The position numbers and the translations under genes are program-made. From contig CM059433.1 in the NCBI GenBank assembly GCA_030390025.1, positions 682,001 to 746,000 of the forward strand: 64,000 bases of DNA. The letters run 5' to 3'. This document shows, one piece after another, positions 1 to 12,519 of the stretch. The stretch's first letter is position 1, and the number at the start of each line of letters is the position of its first letter. The notes beneath the pieces are model-generated. The model was not told the origin of the DNA. It searched no databases and worked only from the letters and a program-made list of their open reading frames with translations. This stretch comes from Squalus acanthias. Lineage: Eukaryota.

Positions 1-244
1 AAAGAGTTAGCTGTCAACATATTCCACACTTACTGTTCACCCATGCCATTTTCATACAACCTTACAGCTCTTTCAATTCAACCCATGCATGCTCATTCTT
101 CAGCACAGCACACATTCAAACTGCAGTTTACAATTCAAAGCTTTTATCATACGCACATTTTTCAAGGGCTTCACACATCAAACCATTGTAATACAAATAT
201 GAGTGATTACTGTCACCCAGGATAGGCTTCAGGTGGATCATATT

Positions 245-1627
245 TCTTTTTATTCGTTCATGGGATGTGGGTGTCGCTGGCAAGGCCAGCATTTATTGCC
301 CATCCCTAGTTTCCCTTGAGAAGGTGGTGGTGAGCCGCCTTCTTGAACCGTTGCAGTCCGTGTGGTGAAGGTACTCCCACAGTGCTGTTAGGGAGGGAGT
401 TCCAGGATTTTGACCCAGCGACGATGAAGGAATGGTGATATATTTCCTTGTCAGGATGGTGTGTAACTCGGAGGGGAGCTTGGAGGTGGTGGTGTTCCCA
501 TGTGCCTGCTGTCCTTGTCCTTCTAGGTGGTAGAGGGAGCGGGTTTGGGAGGTTCTGTCAAAGAAGCCTTGGCGAGTTGCTGCAGTGCATCTTGTAGATG
601 GTACACACTGCAGCCACGGTACATCGGTGGAGGAGGGTGTGAATGTTTAAGGTGATGGATGAGGTGCCAATCAAGCGGGCTGCTTTGTCCTGGATGGTGT
701 CGAGCTTCTTGAGTGTTGTTGGAGCTGCACTCATCCAGGCAAGTGGAGAGTATTCCATCACACTCCTGACTTGTGCCTTGCAGATGGTGGAAAGACTTTG
801 GGGAGTCAGGAGGTGAGACACTTGCCGCAGAATACCCAGCCTCTGACCTGCTCTTGTAGCCACTGTATCTATATGGCTGGTCCAGTTAAGTCTCTGGTCA
901 ATGGTAACCCCCAGGATGTTGATGGTTGGGGATTTGGCAATGGTAATGCCATTGAATGTCATGGGGTGGTGGTTAGACTTTCTCTTGTTGGAGATAGTCA
1001 TTGCCTGGTACTTGTGTGGTGCGAATGTTACCTGCCACTTATCAGCCAAAGCCTGAATGTTGTCCAGGTCTTGCTGCATGCCGGCATGGACGGCTTCATT
1101 ATCTGAGGAGTTGAGAATGGAACTGAACACTGTGCAATCATCAGCGAACATCCCCACTTCTGACCTTATGATGGAGGGAAAGTCATTGATGAAGCAGCTG
1201 AAGATTGTTGGGCCTAGGACCCTGCCATGAGGAACTCCTGCAGCGATGTCCTGGGCTATGATGATTGACCTTCAACCATCGCAACCATCTTCCTTTGTGC
1301 TAGGTATGACTCGAGCCAGTGGAGAGTTTCCCCCCTGATTCCCATTGACTTCAGTTTTACTAGGGCTCCTTGATGCCACACTTAGTCAAATGCTGCCTTG
1401 ATGTCAAGGGCAGTCACTCTCACCTCACCTCTGGAATTCCGCTCCTTTGTCCATGTTTGGACCAAGGCTATAATGAGACCTGCAGCCGAGTGGTCCTGGT
1501 GGAACCCAAACTGAGCATTGGTGAGCAGGTTATTGGTGAGTAAGTGCTGTTTGATAGCACTACCGACAACACCTTCTATCACTTTGCTGATGATTGAGAG
1601 TAGACTCATGGGGCGGTAATTGGCTGG
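245..1627 (-). mobile_element. 5'-truncated non-LTR retrotransposon (RTEX-like/CR1-group LINE), degenerate RT and 3' end
   Basis: ORFs 1382-1639 (NYRPMSLLS, QFGF, ALDIKAAFD) and 558-1157 (FADD, LGVTID, YKMH); 3' UTR with AATAAA ends near 245; copies at 3285, 27510 and 34068. Clade assignment tentative. Confidence 0.85.
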
Positions 1628-3059
1628 ATATAGCATCATTGGTTACCCTGTAATTTTAGACATGCAATGGTGCAGTCATATTGGGCAGTAATGTCATGCT
1701 CATCAGTGGAAAGGGGATGAAAGTATTAGTTGTGCTGGCTGACATGTCAGTCACCTGTTTTGATACATGTAGGAGCAGCACATTAACTGATACTGCAGTG
1801 CTAGCTGGGAATGAGCCATGGGCAGTGATGACCTTGCCAACCACATGGTCCTATTTAATAATTTGGCTGCAGGTGTCTTTGCTACAATGGCAAAGCTGCC
1901 TCCCTGCTGACCTGGGCAAGCTGAGGCAGTTGTCCTCAATCATTAGCAGGTAGGTGTGCCAATGTCTGTAGATAAATGCAGTCTGGTGTCTGCTGATCTT
2001 CCTGGGATGTCATTTTCTCAACTTGTACTACCTCAACCTTGAAATAACTTGGTTCAGGCACTTTAAATACCTTAAAGTGTGAAAAAAGGCCCCGGGAAAC
2101 TTGCTCTAAAATATCAATAAAAATGTTAGAAATCTGGAAAAAATGGTTAAGAACAAAACTACGTTAAAAAGGTACTGTGCATGTCACCCCAAAAAAAACA
2201 CATGCAAAGCCTGTGGCACTTTAAAAGCTCCTTTGCCAATGGAGTTTCTCTTGCTCCCATTCCAAATGGCTACACAAGGGAAAAAAGAGAAAAGCCAGGG
2301 CAAATCTTGGGTGCTTAACTATATATGTTTGTTTCAGATCTGGGGTCTTAACGAGGGTGAGCATGAAATGGGCACAAAGACTCTTAACAGTCCATTAAGA
2401 AAAGGACACAGGACCTGGTGACCCATCTCGGTGATTCCCCCCTACCCCGTGCCCTCCTGCCACACAGCTCCACAGAATCTGCCCCAGCTTTCTGAAAACT
2501 CTGCTTATAAACTAAATAATTATACCTTCCCTTTGCATACTCTATATAACACTAACTATTCGCTCTATAAATGACAGATTTATGTATAAACGACAATGCA
2601 GTAATTGCTTGGTAACTATCCTACCTCTCTTTGATAAATCTATACATGTAAAAAGATTGTCAGGCTTTTGTAACAAGACTTGTACAAATTCGAGAGCATC
2701 CAGATCTAAAATGTGGCAACGCTAAAGCTCACTAATTTTATAGACATTTTTAAATCACAGTTAATAAGCTCACTTTTCACTATTACGCCCTTTTTCTCAG
2801 GAATTATGTTATAATAGAACAATCCTGTTGCCAGCATATTTTCCACTGTGAATTATTTTTGTTATTGTTTTACTTTAGGTTCCATGAATAACAATGTAAT
2901 TAAATTCTGATTAATAAGATGATTGTTAAATATCCATTCTTCTACTGAAGGTATTCAGTCTTGCTGTGGTAGAGTACCACGGGCTCCAAATTCAGAAACA
3001 ATGGTCCCAAGATTGCCTGGATTTGAAATTTGTAGCTATCATGATTTTTTAAAATCTCG

Positions 3060-3260
3060 TCATTTCTCTGACCTACTGTCCTGAAGGTGTTGATTCCTTG
3101 CTGTGTAGCGGTTGGTCTTTTTCTACTTTGGCCATGTGATCATTCTTCATGTGTGAGCCTAAGCACTGAGTGTTGACAGAGATGACTGTGAGGGGCATTG
3201 TATCCAATTTCAATCCTTGATATCTCATCCCTGGCCTTCTGAACTCCTCCCTTCATAAAT
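3060..3260 (-). mobile_element. Old SINE fragment (LF-SINE-like, 3' part)
   Basis: Reverse complement resembles 11460-11620 (CACACATGAAGAATGATCAC...TCAACACCTTCAG); family name from recollection of the consensus. Confidence 0.45.
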
Positions 3261-3284
3261 TCCACTGATTCAGCACTCTTTTTA

Positions 3285-4975
3285 CAAATTTGTTTATGGG
3301 ATGTGGGCGTCGCTGGCAAGGCTAGCATTTATTGCCCATTCCTAGTTTCCCTTGAGAAGGTGGTGGTGAGCCGCCTTCTTGAACTGCTGCAGTCCGTGTG
3401 ATGAAAGTACTCCCACAGTGCTGTTAGGGAGGGAGTTCCAGGATTTTGACCCAGTGACGATGAAGGATCGGTGATATACTTCTAAGTCAGAATGGTGTGT
3501 GACTTGGAGCGGAACTTGGAGGTGGTGGTGTTCCCATGCGCCTGCTGCCCTTGTTCTTCTAGGTGGAAGAGGTCGCGGGTTTGGGAGATGCTGCCGAAGA
3601 AGCATTGGCGAGTTGCTGCAGTGCATCTTGTAGATGGTACACACTGCAGCCACGGTACGCCGGTGGTGGAGGGAGTGAATGTTTAAGGTGGTGGATGGGG
3701 TGCCAATCAAGCGGCCTGCTATGTCCTGGATGGTGTTGAGCTTCTTGAGTGTTGTTGGAGCTGCACTCATCCAGGCAAGTGGAGAGTATTCCATCACACT
3801 CCTTACTTGTGCCTTGTAGATGATGGAAAGGCTTTGGGAAGTCAGGAGGTGAGACACTTGCCGCAGAATACCTAGCCTCTGACCTGCTCTTGTTGCCACA
3901 GTATTTATGTGGCTGGTACAGTTAAGTTTCTGGTCAATGGTGACCCCCAGGATGTTGATGGTGGGTGGTTAGACTCTCGCTTGTTGGAGATAGTCATTGC
4001 CTGGCACTTCTGTGGTGCCAATGTTACCTGCCACTTATTAGCCCAAGCCTGAACGTCGTCCAGGTCTTGTTGCATGTGGGCATGGACTGCTTCATTATCT
4101 GAGGAGTTGTGAATGGCGCTGAACACTGTGCAGTTATCAGCGAACATCCCCATTTCTGACCTTATGTTGGAGGGAAGGTCATTGATGAAGCAGCTGAAGA
4201 TGGTTGGGCCTAGGATACTGTCCTGAGGAACTCCTGTCGCGATGTCCTGGGGCTATGATGATTGACCTTCAACCACCACAACCATCTTCCTTTGTGCTAG
4301 GCATGACTCTAGCCAGTGGAGAGTTTTCCCCCCGATTCCCATTGACTTCTGTTTTACTAGGACTCCTTGACGCCACACTCGATCAAATGCTGCCTTGATA
4401 TCTAGGGCAGTCACTCTCACCTCACCTCTGGAATTCAGCTCCTTTGTCCATGTTTGGACCAAGGCTGTAATGAGGTCGGGAGCCGAGTGGTCTTGGCGGA
4501 ACCCAAACTGGGCATCCGTGAGCAGGTTAATGGTGAGTAAGTGCCGCTTGATAGCACTGTCGACGACACCTTCCATTGCTTTGCTGATGATTGAGAGTAG
4601 ACTGATGGGGCAGTAATTAGCCGGATTTGATTTGTCCTGCTTTTTTGTGGACAGGACATACCTGGGCAGTTTTCCACATTGTCGGATAGATGCCAGTGTT
4701 ATAGCTGTACTGGAACAGCTTGGCTAGAGGCGCGGCTAGTTCTGGAGCACAAGTCTTCAGCACGCTGTTGTCGGGGCCCATAGCCTTTGCTGTTTCCAGT
4801 GCGCTCAGCCATTTCTTGATATCACGTGGAGTGAATCGAATTGGCTGAAGATTGGCTTCTGTGATGGTGGGAATCTCAGGAGTAGGCCGATATGGATCAT
4901 CCACTCGGCACTTCTGGCTGAAGATGGTTGCAAACTCTTCAGCCTTGTCTTTTGTACTCACGTGCTGGGCTCTGC
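3285..4975 (-). mobile_element. 5'-truncated RTEX-like LINE, same family as 245-1627
   Basis: Frameshifted RT ORFs 4617-4985, 4253-4576, 3905-4153, 3342-3899; highly similar in nucleotide sequence to 245-1627. Confidence 0.85.
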
Positions 4976-4989
4976 TGCTCATCATACCT

Positions 4990-5432
4990 CATACTAAGTC
5001 CTGCACTTCTATAGGCCCTGTTCTTTCAGACCTTCATAGGCTCCCCTAGTAGGTCAACTTTAAAATCCTCATTTGTTTTCAAATCCCTCCATGACCATGC
5101 TCTTTCTACCTCTGCAATCTTTTCCAGCCCGACGCCAAGATCACACCCGTCTACTTTTCCTGGCCTTGGTCAACTATACATCCTCTTCTCTCCGCTCCAC
5201 TATTGCTGGCAGAGTATTCAGTCACCATGCCCCTGCACTCTAGAAGTTTCTCCCTAAAACTCACCACCTTATCACTTTTCTCCCCACTTTGAAAAGCCTT
5301 CTCAGAAACATACCTTTCCAATTGTGCCTTTGGCCATCTCCTGTAACTTCCCTCCTGCTTCCTGCTCATGTACCTCATGTAAAGCACCTTGAGATGCTTG
5401 TTCTGTGAAAGGCACTACATAAATGGAAGTTG
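4990..5432 (+). mobile_element. Old L2 LINE 3' fragment
   Basis: Diverged match to the L2 at 14778-15487 (TTTAAAATCCTCATT...TTCAAATCCCTCCATG; ends AAAGGCACTACATAAATGGAAGTTG). Confidence 0.65.
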
Positions 5433-5439
5433 CTCATTC

Positions 5440-5600
5440 TTCCCTGAACCAACATTGCCTTACATCAGGGGTCACTGGATAACAATCGGGAGCAGGAGTG
5501 ATGGTTGGCACTTCCCCTTTCTTGCCCAAGACTGCTGGGACTAATTATCGAGTCCTCCCCTAACCCAACCCCCTCCAATACTCCCAGCTGAGATCAGTCA
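5440..5600 (-). mobile_element. Old SINE fragment (LF-SINE-like)
   Basis: Reverse complement resembles 6700-6800 and 11340-11440; may be the other half of 3060-3260. Confidence 0.35.
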
Positions 5601-6444
5601 CTGTTTGAATATTAACGTGAGCTTATTGTAATATCAACCTAGACTCTCGTCAGCACTGGGACAATAATACATACATCAGAAGAGTGAAATTCCTGCTATG
5701 GGATGTTGCTTCACGTACTGAAACAGTTTGTCAGACCTTGTTGAAAGCCTGTGCAACCACATCAAAGATGATGATGTAGTGGCTCATGTGGTGAAACATT
5801 GATGCAGGCCAACTTGCTGAGTGGCGCCCTTGATTGTTCTGGCAGTAACCAGGTACAAGGTATTAGCAGATTATTCTTGGCTGCCTGTGACAACCTCCGG
5901 GTAATTCATACCCTTCACTGTGGATGCACATTTTCCGATTCCCAGACAGTTTTCATTTTTATTAATCCCTTAACAGCTTCTGCAGAGTGAAAGGAAATTA
6001 TCTGTATGACAGAATAATCTTTACATGTCTCACAGCTAATATATCCAAGTTCAGCTGGGAACCAGTTCAACGGGAACTCGTTCCATGTGGAAACGAGTAA
6101 CCCTCATATACTACATGAAACCATTCACTGATTTCAGAACCTCATCTGTTTTGTTTACAGATCAAAGGGCTCTTGACATTGATTGAACATGTCAAAAGTA
6201 TATTAAGTACAACTTAAACCACAGCAGGAAAAGTGAAAAGGGATAAAGAAAGGGAAGAGAGATGGACAGAGTTTTACACATTAATAAGTGACTACTGTGG
6301 CTGTTATTTGATTACTATTGTAAACTTACTGTAAATCATTTATGACATTAGCAAATATTAGACCGAATGAATATTAGAATGCACAAAAGTTTCCCTGATA
6401 TATCCATAGGTAAATGCACTACATGGTGGATTATTAAGTAATGT

Positions 6445-6810
6445 AAGTAAGGTTCGATTCCTGGTCTGTGTTGAGTTAACTAATCTCTGCCTGGCAGTAG
6501 TGAGGAAGCTGCAATTGGTCTCAGTGAGGTAGATTTTGACTTTGTGCAATAGTGTAAAATGGGTGATAGCGAATCGGCAGCTCGTTTTGCATCTCTCCCG
6601 ATTGACTTCAATGGAAATAAAAATTGGGTGAGATATAAAATGGGCTGCCGATTTGCTATCACCTGTTTTACACTATCGCACAAAGTCAAAATCTACCCCA
6701 ATGTCCCTGAACTAGGGTAGGAGAAACAATCCAGGATTCTCATTCCTGATTGCGATACAATGACCCTACTGAGTAGATGTCAGGTGAGCACAGGGTTGGG
6801 TTTGACTATA
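6445..6810 (+). mobile_element. LF-SINE-like fragment interrupted by a MITE
   Basis: B-box-like GGTTCGATTCC followed by TGGTCTGTGTTGAGTTA; CAATTGGTCTCAG is shared with 11380. Confidence 0.45.
6526..6699. mobile_element. 174-bp near-fully palindromic MITE (Harbinger-type ends)
   Basis: GAGGTAGATTTTGACTTTGTGCAATAGTGTAAAATGGGTGATAGC ... GCTATCACCTGTTTTACACTATCGCACAAAGTCAAAATCTACCCC; the arms pair almost to the centre. Confidence 0.85.
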
Positions 6811-7087
6811 AACATTTTATATTTGGAACTTATGGGGTTAGGGTCATGGGAGATTGCTATGTGCTGTTGAAGTCCCCGGAGCGGCAATCTTTGAGAAATC
6901 ACTGAACTGACGAGAACTTTTACCCTGTAATATCGCTCTTAAAAAACCCTGAAAATGTTAAGCCTTGTTGGATGAGGTGTAACTGGGTTTTTAATGGCGT
7001 ACTGATTCATAATTACTGCTGAACAACCGTTCTGGCCCTGAAAAACTAATTTTATATTTGTGGAATGTCAAATTTTAAAAATTCTAC

Positions 7088-7470
7088 GGGGGAGAAATTC
7101 GGAATCACCCCGTTTGGGGCACTAAATTTTGAAAGCTGCAAAAATATGCGCCAGGCACTAATGATTCTCAGCTTTCTCTAAATTGGATGTTTGCACTCCA
7201 GGAAGGAAGTGGAGCATTAAATCAAGCACTACCACTTCCCTTCTGGAGCGCTAAACCATGCAGGAGGGGCGGTAGAGGTGCAGCGCTACACAGTGTCCCG
7301 GGCAGCGCTGCCGCGATCCGAGGCTTCTTCCCTCCCTTAAAGGGAAGGGACATTGCTGCAGGCTCTGCATTTCAACGGTGTCCCTCGTTGCCGACGGCAG
7401 CTGGGATCCACGACAATCAGCCCCAAATACTCTAACAGAGTGCCGGTCTGATCAATCGCGGCAGTTAAAA
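7088..7470. mobile_element. Harbinger-family MITE/terminal fragment
   Basis: Starts GGGGGAGAAATTCGGAATCACCCC, matching the termini at 30036 and 45762; truncated by a CR1. Confidence 0.7.
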
Positions 7471-7479
7471 ATTTGTATT

Positions 7480-9425
7480 GTATTTGTGTATTTGTGTATT
7501 TGTGTATTTGTACTCCGAGATCCCTTTGTTCCTCTACCCCACCTAGACTCGCACCCTCCAAGTAATAAGTGACCTCCCTATTCTTCCTACCAAAATTTAA
7601 TACCTCACATTTATTTGTGTTGAACTTCATTTGCCAATTATATGCCCATTCTGCAAGTTTATTAATGTCCTCCTGTAATTTGTTGCAGTCCTCCTCAGTA
7701 TTGACTATCCCCCCCCCCCCCCAATTTGGTGTCATCCGCAAGTTTAGAAATTGTGTTTTTGATTCCAAAGTCTAAATCGTTAATATAAATTGTGAACAAC
7801 AGTGGTCCCAGCACTGATCCTTGTGGAACACCACTACCCACCTTCTGCTACTCTGAATAGCTACCCTTTACCCCTACTCTCTGCTTTCTGTCTTGAAGCC
7901 AGCTAGTTATCCATTCTACTACTTGTCCCCTGACTCCGCATCTTCTGACCTTATTCATTAGTCTATTATGTGGTGCCTTTTGAAAATCTAGATAAATTGC
8001 ATCTACTGCGTTACCCATGTCTAGTCTCTCTGTTACCTCTTCAAAAAAATTCAATGAGGTTGGCCAAGCAAGACTTTCCCTTTTGAAATCCATGCTGACT
8101 GTTCATTACTATGTTTTTGGTTTCTAGATGTTCTTCTATTTTCTCCTTTAGTAGGGATTCCACTATTTTTCCTACCACCGATGTTAAGCTGACTGGTCTA
8201 TAATTCCCTGGACATGTTCTATCCCCTTCTTAAATATAAGTATTACATCAGCTATCTGCCAGTCCTCTGGCACTACACCTTTTTCTACTGAATTATTAAA
8301 TATGTGTAGTAATGCCTCTGCTATGTCTTCCCTAGATTCTTTTAAAATGCGTGGGTGCAATCCATCCGGACCAGGGGTTTTATCCTCTTTGAGTTTGAAT
8401 AGTTTATTTAATATATCACCTCTTTTTATTTTAAATGCACTTATCTCATTACTAATCTCATCATCCAATGTCATGTCCACCTGTTCTATCTCCCATGTAA
8501 ATACTGAAGCAAAATAATTATTTAATATTTCTGCCATCTCTCTCTTGTTACCTGTGGTATTATCCTGCCTATCCCTTAATGGCCCTATTCCCATCCCAAC
8601 CTTCCTTTTTTTATTGCTGTGCCTGTAAAATATTTTACTATTTTGTTTTATGTTCCTTGATAATTTAATTTCATAGTTCCTCTTTACCTTCTTAATTGTT
8701 TTTTTGACTTCTCTCCTAATCTCATCATATTCTCCTTTATCATGCACTCCCCTGCTGTCTATTTACTTAATGTGTGCCTCTTTCCTTACCCTCAATTGTT
8801 CCCTTATAGCTTTATTCATCCATGGAGTCTCATTAGTGTTTAGTTTACTCTTTCCTTTTAGTGGAATATATTGTTCCTGCACTCTGTTGAACACTGTTTT
8901 AAATGTTTCCCATTGCTGTTCTACATCATTGTTTGCCAATATTGTTGCCCATTTTATTTTCCCAAGTTCTATTCTCAGCCCCTCAAAATCAGCTTTTCTC
9001 CAATCTATTACCCTGGTTTTCGTTATACTTCTGTCCTTCTCAAACTTATCATCTTAAAGCGTATTATATTATGGTCACTATCGCCTAGATGTTCCCCTAC
9101 TTTTACTTCTCTTATCTGCTCTGGTTCATTCCCCATTACTAGATCCAATAGCGAATCCTCCCTTGTTGGGCTTTTTATATATTGGGTTAGAAAGGAGTCC
9201 TGTACACATTGTAGGAACTCCATTCCCTTATCCCCTTTAACTACCTCTTCTGTCCAATTAATATTGGGGTAGTTGAAATCTCCCATGATTATTATTCTAT
9301 GTTTTTTACTCATTTCCCTAATTTGTCTGCATATTTCTTCCTCCACCTCCCTTCCACTATTAGGTGGTCTGTAGACCACACCTATTAGTGTGATTGATTC
9401 TTTATTATCTATTCTATTCCATTTT
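7480..9425 (-). mobile_element. CR1 LINE ORF2 remnant (APE endonuclease plus RT, internally deleted)
   Basis: VYRPP, MGDFN, LDLV, SDHN (9023-9379); KTPGPDGLHPR (8184-8747); YLDFQKA (7848-8093); WQMKFN (7337-7768). Confidence 0.9.
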
Positions 9426-9669
9426 TGTCTTGCTGATAGAAGTGAAGGAAAATCAGTGCACTTTACTTCCTGGTTTGCTGTCTATGAGAATTCTTCAATG
9501 TGATTGGCTGCTTCACCTGCTTGACAACATCACTGTTGCTGGATGCTGGCGATCCCCATGACTTGTCACCAGCATGAAATTAACGCCGGAGAGCTGAAAT
9601 TCACACCACAGAGATCGCTAGATCTTTGTGGGCAGCTTTCTTCGAGGTCAGCGGCGAGTGTCATCGCTT

Positions 9670-10590
9670 CATAGAAACATAGAAACATAGAAAATAGGTA
9701 CAGGAGTAGACCATTCGGTCCTTCGAGCCTGCACCGCCATTCAATGCGTTCATGGCTGAACATGCTACCTCAGTACCCCATTCCTGCTTTCTCGCCATAC
9801 CCCTTGATCCCCCTAGTTGTGAGTGTTATATCTAACTCCCTTTTGAATATATTTAGCGAACTGGCCTCAACAACCTTCTGTGGAAGAGAATTCCATAGAT
9901 TCACTACTCTCCGGGTGAAGAAGTTCCTCCTCAGCTCAGTCTTAAATGGCTTCCCCTTAATCCTTAGACTGTGACCCCTGGTTCTAGTTTTCCCTAACAT
10001 TGGGAACATTCTGCCCGCATCTAATTTGTCTAAACCAGTCAGGATTTTAAATGTCTCTATAAGATCCCCCCTCATTCTTCTGAACTCCAGAGGATACAAG
10101 TTCAGTTGACCCAATCTTTCTTGATATGTCAGACCGGCCATCCCAGGAATCAATCTAGTAAACCTTCGCTGCACTCCCTCAATAGCAAGAATGTCCTTCC
10201 TTAAGTTAGGAGACCAAAACTGCGCACAATACTCCAGGTGTGGCCTCACCAAGGCCCTGTACAACTGCAGCATCACCTCCTTACTCCTGTACTCAAATCC
10301 CCTTACTATGAAGGCCATCATTCCGTTTGCTTTCTTGACTGCCTGCTGCACTTGCATTCCCACCTTCAGTGACTGATGTACCATGACGCCCAGGTCTCGT
10401 TGCACCTCCCCTTTCCCTAATCTGCCACCATTCAGGTAATAGTCCGCCTCTCTATTTTTACCACCAAAGTGGATAACCTCACATTTATTCACATTGTACT
10501 TCATCTGCCATACATTTGCCCATTCACCCAACCTGTCCAAGTCACTCTGTAGCCTCCTAGCATCCTCCTCATTGTTCACACTGCCTTTTT
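9670..10590 (-). mobile_element. CR1 LINE 3' portion with open ORF2 C-terminus and (CATAGAAA)n tail
   Basis: LYRALVRPHLEYC, RGDLIE, TRGH, WNSLP in ORF 9770-10681; 8-bp tail repeat 9670-9695. Confidence 0.92.
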
Positions 10591-11284
10591 GTATTATGTA
10601 ATTATCCTCCACTCGCTGCATTTTGCTGGAGAAATAATTCTGCTGTACTTGGGAGACTCTGTTTGCTGTAGTTTTGGTCATGAGTTCAGAGACTTATGTT
10701 CATAAGGAAATTAAAACCACAAGTCCTGCCCCATCTCCAACTCATTAGTTGACACAGTGGTGTTAATATTCACTCTGTTTTTCTTTATTTTTACAGTTAA
10801 ATAGAATTTATTCAACAACCTAACTGGTTTCACCTCTCTCCACTCTCTCTGGGTCAGGTTGTTTGGTGCAATAGTAAGCCTATCATTATCTGTCACTGTT
10901 CTGTGCTGACTAAGAAATGGGGTAAGGATGCAGGATGGGCAGGAGCATGCAATTCAGTCTACTGTGCTTGAAAAATTCAAAATAACCTCACTGCATGATA
11001 GCAGACTGTAGCTCCACTTGCTAAACGATAAATATGTATACACTTTTTGTTGGCAAATTCCTTGTGGTAGGATTGAAATATTAGCAATTAGCATGCTGGC
11101 AAATAAAAGATCACCATTTGAGCCGTCTAAATATGTGACAATGATTGTCTTGTCCAAAAAATATTGATTAAAAGATGCAACATGTAATATCTGTTAAGTT
11201 TTGTAATTTTAAAAAGCAGTGAAGAAAGTCAACAGCTACTGAGGTGTGTGTTCAAAATCTGCATTTAGCTGCCTCAATAGCTCA

Positions 11285-11635
11285 TCAGGATATGGCTGAG
11301 CCATACAGACTCAGGAAGATCCCAGGTTTACTTACGTGGGCTGAGTTAGTGCATCTCAAAAGGGTGACGGTAGAAACATTACAATTGGTCTCAAGGATAC
11401 GGGTTAACTCCTGATTACTAACCAGCAACATCTGTTGGGTGTGTGTGTACGTTGGGTGAAGACAAGATCAGAAATGGCTGTGATAACTCCTGCATTGGAA
11501 TAGGATGACAAACTCACAAGCTAAAATCACACATGAGTAATGATCACTTGGTCAATGTACTGGAGGACAACCAGTGCCTGTGGAGCTATTCCTCACCAAG
11601 GTGTCAACACCTTCAGTGGAGCGGGATGGACAGGG
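11285..11635 (+). mobile_element. LF-SINE-like ancient SINE
   Basis: Shares several blocks with 3060-3260, 5440-5600 and 6445-6810; named from recollection only. Confidence 0.45.
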
Positions 11636-11747
11636 AAGGGAGAATATTGGGAGAAAAATGAAGAAGAAAAAATATAAAAGTAGAAAATCTGCATTTGTGT
11701 CTAATCTACAAATTACTGTTGACTTTATCAGTGGACACTTAATGTGA

Positions 11748-11858
11748 TCAAGGGATATGGAGTTGAGGTTGAAGATCAGCCATGATCTTATTGAATGGCA
11801 GAGCAGGCTCGAGGGGCCGTATGGCCGACTCCTGCTCCTAATTCTTATGTTCTTATGT
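11748..11858 (+). mobile_element. CR1 3' UTR fragment
   Basis: GATCAGCCATGATCTTATTGAATGGC...CTCCTGCTCCTAATTCTTATGTTCTTATG. Confidence 0.8.
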
Positions 11859-12519
11859 GACGTTCCTCTGTCTGCTATTTTAGTGGAGGCAGTAAGTCGA
11901 TTGAAATAAATTTGAAACAGCGTACAGAAGAATGTCCTATTATGTTAAGCATTCATTTGCTAATACTGGGAACCGTAATTTCAAGTCTTGTATTTTGGAA
12001 ATTGAATTTCTGATGAAAGTTCACACTCTGGTTTTTAGAATCTGATTGTACGCCATGCTACATCTCCACATATGAAAGAAGAGGATTTGAAAAGAAACAT
12101 GCCATTAAAAGCAACAAACAGTGTTTACTGATTATTGATGTAGACTTCCTCACATAGTAAGGGGGAAAAATTAGGTCGCGCCCCATTTGGGGCGCAAATA
12201 TCGTCTGGACGCAAATATTAGCGCCTGGCGCTAATTATCGCCACTGACTGGAAACTTCACTTTTACCGCCCCGGGAGGTGAGTGGAGCGCTAAATCAGGC
12301 GCTGCACACCTGTCTTAAGGCGCAAAAGCCGAGCAGTGAGGCGCTAACTCAGCGCGCGAGCGCAGCGCAGCTGCTGCCAGTTAGCGAGGGAACACAGACA
12401 CACTGGCGCCGGCCACTTCTTAAAGCGGGGGGGGCCAACTTGCTCCCCAGCCACACCCTGCTCATTGCAGTCTTGAATCTCAGCCTGGAGAGACCTGTGA
12501 ATCCATTTTGCTGCCAAGG

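Noticed and set aside
9770..10681. 303-aa ORF as a novel fusion gene
   Set aside because: It is a CR1 RT C-terminus with about 30 codons of chance open flank; it lacks the catalytic motifs and nothing supports expression
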